DNA of 64,000 nucleotides, taken from NCBI GenBank assembly GCA_042569595.1, contig JBHPHI010000001.1:8326-72325 (forward strand), in the 5' to 3' direction. The translations under genes were made by a program, and so were the position numbers. This DNA comes from Patescibacteria group bacterium (lineage in GTDB: Bacteria; Patescibacteriota; Microgenomatia; UBA1400; 2-01-FULL-45-11). The notes beneath the pieces are model-generated. The model had not been told where the DNA came from. It did not search any database and saw only the letters and a list, made by a program, of their open reading frames with translations. Every line of letters starts with the position of its first letter. Position 1 is the first letter of the stretch. This document shows, one piece after another, positions 22,682 to 30,272 of this stretch.

Positions 22682-23469
22682 ATCTTTTTCTTAGGAAATA
22701 TCACCAAAAGACTTGTGCTTTTTTTGTATTCTTGATATTTTTTATTACTCTTATGCCTCTCATCATATTTCTTTTCCAATAAAGGAATCCCGCTTACAAA
22801 CATAAGAATGAACGTAATAAACATGGGTCCTACTATAGTAAACCACCCCAAACCACTCAAAAGGGGAGAGGCATACGCAAACAATCCCCACCACAATAAT
22901 ATTTCACCAAAATAATTTGGGTGTCTTGAATATTTCCATAGACCAGAGTCTATCCAAAGTCCTTTATTTTTCTTATTGTTTTTAAATACAAACTTTTGCC
23001 AATCAGATACCGTTTCGATTATCAAACCCAATGCCCAAATTAGCATACCTACTACCATCCAAGGCACTATTCCAATATCCTTCTTTTCTAAAAGAACATA
23101 TATAGTTGGAAGCATTATTGCCCAAACTGCAACTCCCTGAAAAAACCAAAATTTATAAAAGCTTAGAGCATTCTCTCTCATTTGATCAAATCTTTTGTCC
23201 TTCTTAATCTTTAGAATCCTAATTAATAAGTAAGCAATAAGTCTGACTCCCCAAACGATCACCATTAAAGAAAGAAGATTTTGAAAAGAGTGGTAAGTGC
23301 CTGTACTAATTAAAAAATATATTGTCAGCAATATGAAAGTCATGCCATAAGTAAAATCTGTAAACTTGTCAGTCTTAAATGCATAAGCAAAGATAAAAAA
23401 TAGAGTGTTTATTCCCAAGGAAACGAGTAAAGCAAAAAGATATGGATTCATGACAAAATTATACAACAA
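22678..23469 (-). CDS. DUF1295 / steroid 5-alpha-reductase-like membrane protein (likely leaderless start ATG at 23451)
   Basis: ...LWKYSRHPNYFGEILLWWG... signature, polytopic. TATAAT (23463-23458, minus) lies 6 nt upstream of ATG 23451. Confidence 0.75.
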   Translation of the reverse strand: MLYNFVMNPYLFALLVSLGINTLFFIFAYAFKTDKFTDFTYGMTFILLTIYFLISTGTYHSFQNLLSLMVIVWGVRLIAYLLIRILKIKKDKRFDQMRENALSFYKFWFFQGVAVWAIMLPTIYVLLEKKDIGIVPWMVVGMLIWALGLIIETVSDWQKFVFKNNKKNKGLWIDSGLWKYSRHPNYFGEILLWWGLFAYASPLLSGLGWFTIVGPMFITFILMFVSGIPLLEKKYDERHKSNKKYQEYKKSTSLLVIFPKKKI

Positions 23470-23490
23470 TCAATATGAAAAAATTCCGCA

Positions 23491-23518
23491 CTCCGTGTGG
23501 GATGCTATTAGAACTTAT
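23491..23518 (+). repeat. 28-bp direct repeat, copy B (CTCCGTGTGGGATGCTATTagAACTTAT)
   Basis: See copy A. Lies between the stop of 23519-24400 (-) and the DUF1295 promoter. Confidence 0.9.
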
Positions 23519-24400
23519 CTACCAACCAACACCGCCAACGATGTCAGAATATATTGCAAATTTTGAATTAAATGCATCAACATCACCTGGAGCATCTACA
23601 TCTAATATTAAATCTATGGCAGGGCTCAAAAACAAGCCAACATCTAACCCCAAGGTTCTAGACAACACCTTTTCATAATCATTCTTAGTTCTTAAGTTAG
23701 ACAAGGGAACTGCTTCCTTTACGCCCTCAATCATTTGTATTGTTTTTGAAACATAGTTAGCGGCAATAGAATAAAAGAGGGGAGCATTTCCAAGCTTTGC
23801 AAAATACAACATTCTTTGAATTCCTGTAACTAACATGCTGCTAGCCTGCGAAGCCCTATATTCGTCTACTACGGGCACAGACAAACTTCTTAAAGAACTT
23901 GATTTCGCTGAATACACATTTCCAAAAACAAAAGACTCATCTTTCATTGGCCAATACATGTATTTCCTGTGGGGCATCAATAAGTCTGCATTACTTTTTC
24001 CAACGATTGGAACTCCAATATCTGTTTCGGGAAAGTTGCTTGAAATCCAATCAATAGTTTCAGGCCTTAAAAACGGAAGATCAGACGAAACGACTAATAT
24101 CTCATCAGAACTACCTGTTTTCTCATGCCTATCTAAAGCCAATTTCAAGTTGCCCATGAAGCTACCCCCCTCACCAACCAATACACAACTTTTTTCCATT
24201 AGATCTGTTTGTTTGCCCAATACTTCTTCGGGACCTGCTACAAAAACTTGACCAGATGTTTCAGAAGCATCCAAAGCACTCAATACCCTGGAAATAATTG
24301 GCTTTCCATTAATTTGATTAAGGTGTTTATATACACCCTCATCACGAACTAAGTCACCACCAGCCAACAATAAAATGTCAGGAGTTAAATTTTCCTTCAT
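23519..24400 (-). CDS. MobA-like NTP-transferase family protein with C-terminal extension
   Basis: N-terminal ILLLAGG......ING.PII nucleotide-binding motif; function not assignable. Confidence 0.45.
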   Translation of the reverse strand: MKENLTPDILLLAGGDLVRDEGVYKHLNQINGKPIISRVLSALDASETSGQVFVAGPEEVLGKQTDLMEKSCVLVGEGGSFMGNLKLALDRHEKTGSSDEILVVSSDLPFLRPETIDWISSNFPETDIGVPIVGKSNADLLMPHRKYMYWPMKDESFVFGNVYSAKSSSLRSLSVPVVDEYRASQASSMLVTGIQRMLYFAKLGNAPLFYSIAANYVSKTIQMIEGVKEAVPLSNLRTKNDYEKVLSRTLGLDVGLFLSPAIDLILDVDAPGDVDAFNSKFAIYSDIVGGVGW

Positions 24401-24440
24401 GTCGAGGGATTATACCAAAAATAGTCAAGAAAAAAACCTA

Positions 24441-24524
24441 ATGTACTCTATATACATTGGCCTAGCTGTTTTTCTTCTCTTGGGAATAATATTTTTCTTA
24501 AAAAAGTCCTCTGCAGGAATCTAA
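24441..24524 (+). pseudogene. 27-codon remnant or paralog of the 3' end of 21010-21312
   Basis: MYSIYIGLAVFLLLGIIFFLKKSSAGI versus MFSVYIGLALCLLLGIVFFFLKKSSI. Roughly three quarters of the nucleotides are identical over about 85 nt (one 3-nt gap), and similarity continues a few codons upstream of the ATG. Confidence 0.4.
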
Positions 24525-24602
24525 TACACACTGCATTGCAAACATCTCTAATTTTGCTATTCTGAGATCATATTTATCTTCGTGAATGGGGGTGAGTACA
24601 TA

Positions 24603-25397
24603 ATGAAAAAAATTACAAGTTTGTTAGCGGGAGTTGTTTTATTGGCAATTGTTATGCCAGCAATGGCTGCTAAGCCAACTAATACACCAAACAATGGAAC
24701 GTCAGGAGAAAAGATAACTGGATCTATTGAAATAGATAGAGGCGATGAAAACATGAGATATGCTGAGTTTAATGCTCATGAAGCATATGGCGATAAGGAT
24801 GCTAAAGGTGAATTTCATTGGTGGATGACTGATGGCAAAGGCCTCATGTTAAGAGAGATATATGTTGATGTAACTGATGTAAGAGTAATGGGAGATGATG
24901 GATGGTTTGAGGGAATGGCTACGCATGATAGTCAGGCTGGAGCTAGAGAGGGAGATATGTTTTACGTCAAAGTATTTGATGGTGGAACTCCTGCTACCGA
25001 TGGAGATATGATTTGGTGGAGTTGGGATTCTCCAGCTTATAAGGAAAAGGCATTAGTTGGTGGTAATTTAGTAGTTCACAGTAATCCATGTGAGGTATAT
25101 GAACTGAATGTTAGTACGGTTAACGGAAATGGTGGATACTGGCACACATTCGAGCTGACTTTTTGCCCAGGAGAAGAGCCTTATGGAACTGGAAAGAGAT
25201 CAGCTGGAACGGAAACAGCAAGTGATATTGTTTTGGAAGATGGGATGATTTCCTTTAGGTCTGACTACGATGAGAGTGCGTATTATTGGTTCCCATCCTT
25301 CTATTTGGAAGAAGGGGGAGAACTTATTTTTAACAATGCGTATGGCCCAGACAATGTCAAATCTGCAACTGGAACCTGGTTAATGTATACCGAATAG
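24603..25397 (+). CDS. secreted hypothetical protein
   Basis: GGGGGTGAG Shine-Dalgarno, signal peptide MKKITSLLAGVVLLAIVMPAMA|AKP; no recognisable domain. Confidence 0.5.
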   Translation: MKKITSLLAGVVLLAIVMPAMAAKPTNTPNNGTSGEKITGSIEIDRGDENMRYAEFNAHEAYGDKDAKGEFHWWMTDGKGLMLREIYVDVTDVRVMGDDGWFEGMATHDSQAGAREGDMFYVKVFDGGTPATDGDMIWWSWDSPAYKEKALVGGNLVVHSNPCEVYELNVSTVNGNGGYWHTFELTFCPGEEPYGTGKRSAGTETASDIVLEDGMISFRSDYDESAYYWFPSFYLEEGGELIFNNAYGPDNVKSATGTWLMYTE

Positions 25398-25415
25398 CAG
25401 TTTAGTTGTAAGTTA

Positions 25416-25448
25416 AACAACCCGTCGTTTATTCGATGGGTTGTTTTT
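25416..25448 (+). terminator. rho-independent terminator
   Basis: AACAACCCGTCG tttatt CGATGGGTTGTT (12-bp stem, one G.U) followed by TTT. Confidence 0.75.
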
Positions 25449-25489
25449 AAATTAAGTTATAATTAACACATAGTAATTACAAAGAAATT

Positions 25490-25927
25490 ATGGCTAAAAA
25501 ATCATCACCAAAAAGACTTTATCGAAGCGAATCTTCAAAAGTGTTAGCAGGGGTTTGTACTGGATTAGCAGAATATTTTGACTTGGATCCTACCATAGTA
25601 AGACTCTTCTTTATTCTAGCTACTATGATGGGCGGATCTGGATTAGTGGCCTATGTAATGATGTGGATATTTATTCCCTCAAAATCATCAGTCAAACTTG
25701 ATTCCGATGAATATATAAAGAAAAACACAGAGGAGCTAAAAGACAAAGCTCAGTCTCTTGCTAAAGGAGTTTCGAAGACTAACGGTAGATTTATAAGCGG
25801 GGGTGTTCTCATCCTTGTTGGAGTAGCTTTTCTTCTAAACAACTTAGGGTTGTGGAGGATTAAGTTTGACTTTATCTGGCCTCTTTTCTTGGTAGCACTT
25901 GGATTATCAGTTATGACGAGGAAATAA
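25490..25927 (+). CDS. PspC-domain membrane protein
   Basis: LYRS...KVLAGVCTGLAEYFDLDPTIVRLFFIL... canonical PspC domain. Confidence 0.8.
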   Translation: MAKKSSPKRLYRSESSKVLAGVCTGLAEYFDLDPTIVRLFFILATMMGGSGLVAYVMMWIFIPSKSSVKLDSDEYIKKNTEELKDKAQSLAKGVSKTNGRFISGGVLILVGVAFLLNNLGLWRIKFDFIWPLFLVALGLSVMTRK

Positions 25928-25928
25928 A

Positions 25929-26915
25929 ATGACCACAGAAAACGAAAAAGCTAAAACAAAATCTAAACCCTTCTGCGGCCCTTTCACTGGAGACATTACG
26001 GGGGGGTTATTTTTGGTGTTTTTGGGAGTTATTTTTCTATTCAATAACCTTGGTATCGTGCCTTGGGAAGTTTGGGGTAGTCTCTGGAAATTCTGGCCCG
26101 TTCTAATTATTCTTTCGGGAATCAATCATATTATGGGAAAATCCGTCATCTCTCGTCTTCTGGTAGCTGTAGTTTCTCTAGGAACTTTTGCAGCAATCAT
26201 TCTATATTCAGTTCCCCAGATAGCCACATACGTTCCATACTTACCAAAACTACCTGGATTAAAGACTATAGATGTCTCTACAAAACCCGCATCAGAAAAC
26301 ATGACGGTAGATGAATTTAGCAAACTCAGTCTTGAATACCCAGCAACCGTTACCCTAGTCAGGGGAGAGGAATCTGAGGTTTCCATAAAGGCTAGCGAAG
26401 AGGATCTAAAAAACATCGAGGTTGGGGTCGAAGATGAAAAGTTGTTTATTAAAACAAAAAATAAATTTACAAACTTGTTCGATTCAAAAACAGAAATCGT
26501 GGTAACCACCACAAAAGACATCGATACTATTTTGATCGCAGGTTCTGGCAATGTTTGGTCCAAGGAAGCACTTGCTTCAGAAAAACTAAAGCTAACAGTG
26601 GCTGGATCTGGAAACATTAAGATGGAAGTAATGTCTCTCGACATTGAGTCTGAAATAGTTGGTTCCGGAAATATTGTTCTAATGGGTAGCTCAGATTCCA
26701 CAAAAGTAAAAATTGTAGGATCTGGCAACTATAGCGCATATGAGCTTGAAGCCAATTCTGCAAACATAGAAATAGCTGGATCCGGAGATGCTGAAGTTTT
26801 TGTAAATGAAAGCTTAGATATAAATACACTGGGATCTGGAGACGTTACCTATAAAGGAAGTCCAAAAGTATCACAAAATGTAAGTGGGTCTGGATCAGTC
26901 GGTCAACAAGAATAA
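25929..26915 (+). CDS. membrane-anchored DUF2807 (GIN-domain, beta-helical) protein with LiaF-like N-terminal TM region
   Basis: Repeated (A/V/L)GSG(N/D) strands in the C-terminal half (IAGSGNV, VAGSGNI, VGSGNI, VGSGNY, AGSGDA, LGSGDV, SGSGSV). Confidence 0.65.
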   Translation: MTTENEKAKTKSKPFCGPFTGDITGGLFLVFLGVIFLFNNLGIVPWEVWGSLWKFWPVLIILSGINHIMGKSVISRLLVAVVSLGTFAAIILYSVPQIATYVPYLPKLPGLKTIDVSTKPASENMTVDEFSKLSLEYPATVTLVRGEESEVSIKASEEDLKNIEVGVEDEKLFIKTKNKFTNLFDSKTEIVVTTTKDIDTILIAGSGNVWSKEALASEKLKLTVAGSGNIKMEVMSLDIESEIVGSGNIVLMGSSDSTKVKIVGSGNYSAYELEANSANIEIAGSGDAEVFVNESLDINTLGSGDVTYKGSPKVSQNVSGSGSVGQQE

Positions 26916-26934
26916 AAAATTAAAACTTTTATTT

Positions 26935-26962
26935 AAAAGACGCTCGTAAGGGCGTCTTTTTT
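26935..26962. terminator. bidirectional rho-independent terminator between convergent genes
   Basis: AAAAGACGC tcgtaagg GCGTCTTTT, then TT. Confidence 0.7.
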
Positions 26963-27194
26963 ATGAACCTATTAAGTCTCCGTCTTTATACTTACTTCCA
27001 GTTGCATGAGTACTTGGCAAACCATTATTTTCTGAAACTATACGAAAAACATTTGATTTTGAAGCTCCCTCCTTCATGGCAGCTTCAGCCCTTTCCTCTG
27101 CTTCAGGGTCTACATCAAAAAACCTCCTAAGACTTCCTAAAAACTTTGGTCCATACTCCGGATTTGCTGACATTTTCCTAATATACCAGACCAA
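26961..27194 (-). CDS. small hypothetical protein (likely start MSANPE at 27173)
   Basis: TATATT (27185-27180, minus) lies 6 nt upstream of ATG 27173; no domain recognised. Confidence 0.35.
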   Translation of the reverse strand: MVWYIRKMSANPEYGPKFLGSLRRFFDVDPEAEERAEAAMKEGASKSNVFRIVSENNGLPSTHATGSKYKDGDLIGS

Positions 27195-27235
27195 TCTTAA
27201 AAATATCTAACATAATAATTACACACATTCGAAAC

Positions 27236-28180
27236 TTATTTGTTTCCACTATGATATTTCTCATGAACACTTCGAAGCTGAGGATTAGTTACGTGAGTAT
27301 AAATTTGCGTGGTAGAAATGTTTTTGTGTCCTAACATTTCCTGAACTTCTCTAAGCCCCGCTCCACCGGATAGAATATCTGTCGCAAAAGAATGTCTTAG
27401 GCCGTGCGGAGTGATCTTTACGGGCAGCTTTGCCTTCTTTCTATACTTCTCAACTATCCGCTGAACGCTCCTAGCGCTTAGCCTCATTTCTTCACCTTTA
27501 TCGTAAGGTTCAGCTTTTGTGCGAGTATAGCGAACAAAAGCTGGTATCCACATATCTTCGCGCATATCAAAATACTTCTGTATCCACTCAACTGCTCTAG
27601 AGCTTAAAAACACAATTCTGGCCTTCTTGCCCTTTCCTATTACCCCAAATTCGCGTCTTTTCAGGTTTATCTGATCTCTGTTTAAAGAAACCAACTCAGA
27701 CACACGAAGGCCTGTGGAGAAGAGCATCTCCAATATTGCTTTGTCCCTCAGTCCTCGTTCGGTAGATATGCTAGGAGCATTCAAAAGTCTTTCTACCTGA
27801 TCTTGATCAAGAAACTTAAGAGACTTGCTTTCAGTTTTTGGAAGGTCAATTTTATCTGGAGCCAGCACATCGTAGTCATTTTTTATTAACCATTTCAAAA
27901 AACCACGAAGGGAAATGACATGATAACTTTGAGTCACGCGAGAAAGGGGAATTCCTTTTTCGTCAGTAAGACGAGATAGGTAAACTCTGTATTTTCGAAC
28001 CATCTTAAGGTCTAGCTTTTTTATGTCCTTATATCCGCGTTTTTCAAACCACGCACTAAAGCGAGTAAGGTAGTGAGCATAGTTTCTTACCGTATGTTGA
28101 CTGACCTGTCTTTCAACTTCTAGGTACTCGAGGTAGTCTGTAATTAAGTGTATCAAACTATTACTATCGGCCATTAGCAC
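27236..28180 (-). CDS. tyrosine site-specific recombinase, XerC/XerD-like (likely start MADSNS at 28174)
   Basis: N-terminal SAM-like core-binding domain; catalytic region ...TGLRVSEL..., HGLRHSFAT, LGHKNISTTQIYTHV (R-H-R-Y set). AAGGAG lies 5 nt before ATG 28174. Confidence 0.85.
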   Translation of the reverse strand: MLMADSNSLIHLITDYLEYLEVERQVSQHTVRNYAHYLTRFSAWFEKRGYKDIKKLDLKMVRKYRVYLSRLTDEKGIPLSRVTQSYHVISLRGFLKWLIKNDYDVLAPDKIDLPKTESKSLKFLDQDQVERLLNAPSISTERGLRDKAILEMLFSTGLRVSELVSLNRDQINLKRREFGVIGKGKKARIVFLSSRAVEWIQKYFDMREDMWIPAFVRYTRTKAEPYDKGEEMRLSARSVQRIVEKYRKKAKLPVKITPHGLRHSFATDILSGGAGLREVQEMLGHKNISTTQIYTHVTNPQLRSVHEKYHSGNK

Positions 28181-28640
28181 TCCTTATAATTATCTGCCAA
28201 CATACTCCTCCATATTGATGGACTGATCTATCGGCCCTTTTTTGGTGTTAGTGATGTGTTTTGATATAGTAAATAAATTCATTGGATCCTATAACAAATA
28301 AATGTAACGTCCTAGAGTATTTTCAAATGAACCTGCAGGGAAGGAGGGGAGACTTAACCCACAACAAAGGTCACCTAAAGCAACAAATCCTACATACTCA
28401 CTACATAAAAGTTGGAAGTTCGTTCTATTTTTCTTAAATATCATAGGCAGTTTCTACTCCATTGTACGCCATCAAACAATTTTTTTGTATACACATACAT
28501 CCAAAGAGGGGAGGAGCACAATTGAATAAAAGATTTATGAATAGGGAATAAATTTATTAAAATTTATTTAAGATTATTACGTCTTCATGTCGCAATATAT
28601 TTATTTCTTGATAGGGGAGATATTGTGCGACATAAGATCT

Positions 28641-28669
28641 TTGAAAAAATATCTTTTCAAACATACAAT
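28641..28669 (+). promoter_or_regulatory. promoter giving a leaderless transcript of the TIM-barrel gene
   Basis: TTGAAA (28641-46) - 17 nt - TACAAT (28664-69) - 7 nt - ATG 28677. Confidence 0.55.
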
Positions 28670-28676
28670 ATTCATT

Positions 28677-29579
28677 ATGATCAAACCCGGAATAAAACTT
28701 GGACCAAAAAACGACCTACACCGCCTAGAAAACACCGGCGCTAAGTACTGTGAGGTTTGGTATAGAATCGATAAGCCCGAATGGTATTCTAACTACTTTA
28801 CATTCTTCAAAAAAAACCGAATAAACTCTGGGCTTCATTATTGGGGGGCGGTTGATCAAGCGTATGAAACAAATATTGCTTATCCTGGAGAGATTCAAGA
28901 AAAATCCATCAAGCTAATTGAAAAATGCATTGATGTTGCAGCCCAAAACAAATGTCACTATGTAAACATTCATGCTGGAGCCAGGAAATTGACCAGACTA
29001 GACATGAAAACTTTAAGATTTAATGTTGATCAATACAGTCTTGAAGTGTCTGAAAAAGACGCTGATACAGCCCAAAAAGAATCACTCATACATCTTAGTA
29101 ATTACGCCTCCGACAAAGGCGTATTATTCCTAGTGGAAACAATTCCTGCCAAGATTCACAACAAAGATACCAGACATAAACCTGAGCCTTACTATGCAAT
29201 GACCTCACAAAACCTACTCAAGCGAGCCACGCAAGACAACATCAGTATCACAAATGACTTCTGCCATACATTTTCCGAAGAGTTCGAAAAGCCTTTAGAC
29301 CAGTTATGGAAATCACTTTGGGATAAAACCTCTAAACTCGCACCTTACACAAAACTACTGCATATAAATACTTTAGTGTCGCCATACAACGGAACTGACA
29401 CTCATCACGGAATTACCAACGAAGATTTTGAAATTGATGGAATATTTCCAACCAAAGAAAAATTGAAAGAAGCGCTTTCGCTTTTTAGGGACCGCGACGA
29501 TGTGTGGGCGATTAACGAACCGTCCGAAAACCACGAAGATAACTACTTTTCACTAAAAGAGCTTATAAACACCCTCTAA
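28677..29579 (+). CDS. xylose-isomerase-like TIM-barrel protein (AP endonuclease family 2 / sugar phosphate isomerase-epimerase type)
   Basis: ...CHYVNIHAG..., ...LFLVETIP..., ...DFCHTF..., ...LLHIN... metal-ligand-like strand ends typical of this fold. The track ORF starts at 28587, but 28677 fits the promoter. Confidence 0.6.
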   Translation: MIKPGIKLGPKNDLHRLENTGAKYCEVWYRIDKPEWYSNYFTFFKKNRINSGLHYWGAVDQAYETNIAYPGEIQEKSIKLIEKCIDVAAQNKCHYVNIHAGARKLTRLDMKTLRFNVDQYSLEVSEKDADTAQKESLIHLSNYASDKGVLFLVETIPAKIHNKDTRHKPEPYYAMTSQNLLKRATQDNISITNDFCHTFSEEFEKPLDQLWKSLWDKTSKLAPYTKLLHINTLVSPYNGTDTHHGITNEDFEIDGIFPTKEKLKEALSLFRDRDDVWAINEPSENHEDNYFSLKELINTL

Positions 29580-29597
29580 ACCCTTAAAATAAGGGGT

Positions 29598-29610
29598 TCT
29601 ACCAGGCTAA
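29598..29610. repeat. left arm of 13-bp perfect inverted repeat (TCTACCAGGCTAA)
   Basis: Exact reverse complement of 30246-30258. Confidence 0.8.
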
Positions 29611-30209
29611 GACGCGTTCTAATGGCCCAAAACCGGCTTTTTATTTTCAACATGATTCATTGTTCATTCAAATGATGCATTGTAGACACCATTTGCCCCG
29701 TATATCGCAGTTTGTATCAATTTCAATACAAGTAATGTGATGTTGTGAGGGTTTCAAATATGTCAAATTCCCAAAAAGGCAAAAAGTGTTCGGGTTTATA
29801 TACAAAATGAAAAAAATGAGTAAGCCACAAAAAAAGGGAAGTCACAAAACAATTTATTTCCTTTATGCATTTTATTCAGTTAATGCCAAACGATTTCCTC
29901 CGTTAGTGGTGCAAAATAAGCCCCTTCTCCGTCCCTAGGCTACATGTCGTAAAAGTATTATTGTGCGACATTATAGCAATCAGGAAAGCGTTTCGATAAA
30001 CATGCACACATATTCGCTGGGGAAGGTATTAATTAACTAAATTACTTCATTGTGGGCGTTTAAGGATATATATCCTCTTTTTTGTGTTTAAATAAATCAA
30101 AATAATTCCACTCTTCCTACTTCTACTCAATTAATTTCTTTATTCGGGTTTTATACCTACCTTCATCCCCCCCGAGGACCCTGAGGGAAAATTTGAGGAA
30201 TTTGGGGGT

Positions 30210-30248
30210 CAAACTATATCATTTATGTGTAACAAACTATATCATTTA
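30210..30248 (+). repeat. tandem direct repeat CAAACTATATCATTTA x2 (7-nt spacer)
   Basis: 30210-30225 and 30233-30248 are identical 16-mers. The second overlaps the right IR arm. Confidence 0.85.
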
Positions 30249-30258
30249 GCCTGGTAGA
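30246..30258. repeat. right arm of 13-bp perfect inverted repeat (TTAGCCTGGTAGA)
   Basis: Exact reverse complement of 29598-29610. Confidence 0.8.
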
Positions 30259-30263
30259 GAGAG

Positions 30264-30272
30264 TTATCCACA
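30264..30272 (+). promoter_or_regulatory. perfect consensus DnaA box TTATCCACA (single copy)
   Basis: Exact 9-mer match, 5 nt after the right IR arm, inside the ORF-free region. Confidence 0.3.

Noticed and set aside
26126-26728. 200-aa ORF on the minus strand, antisense to the DUF2807 gene. Similar long antisense ORFs occur at 8177-8608, 10491-10901, 11010-11459, 45459-45803, 47636-48102, 51355-51738, 51829-52191 and 53312-53728.
   Set aside because: Each lies entirely inside a well-supported gene on the other strand. They have low-complexity or Ser/Phe/Leu-rich composition typical of the antisense frame of AT-rich, purine-biased coding sequence. They also lack start context.
27205-27232. 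dif-like half site: the minus strand reads TTATGTTAGAT, a 10/11 match to the E. coli XerD-binding arm TTATGTTAAAT, right after the recombinase stop codon.
   Set aside because: The expected partner arm (..CATAA) and dyad symmetry are absent (TCGAATGTGTG-TAATTA-TTATGTTAGAT). The segment also overlaps the promoter region of the small gene 26961-27173. An 11-mer with one mismatch in AT-rich DNA is not compelling alone.
29581-29595. Hairpin CCCTTA aaa TAAGGG right after the TIM-barrel gene stop, considered as its terminator.
   Set aside because: The stem is only 6 bp (half A/T) with a 3-nt loop and no following U-tract. It is too weak to call.
30264-30272. oriC at the ORF-free region, based on the perfect DnaA box.
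   Set aside because: There is only one consensus box. The other candidates I saw have 2 or more mismatches. There is no dnaA/dnaN nearby, and flanking genes point towards the locus (a terminus-like pattern) rather than away from it.
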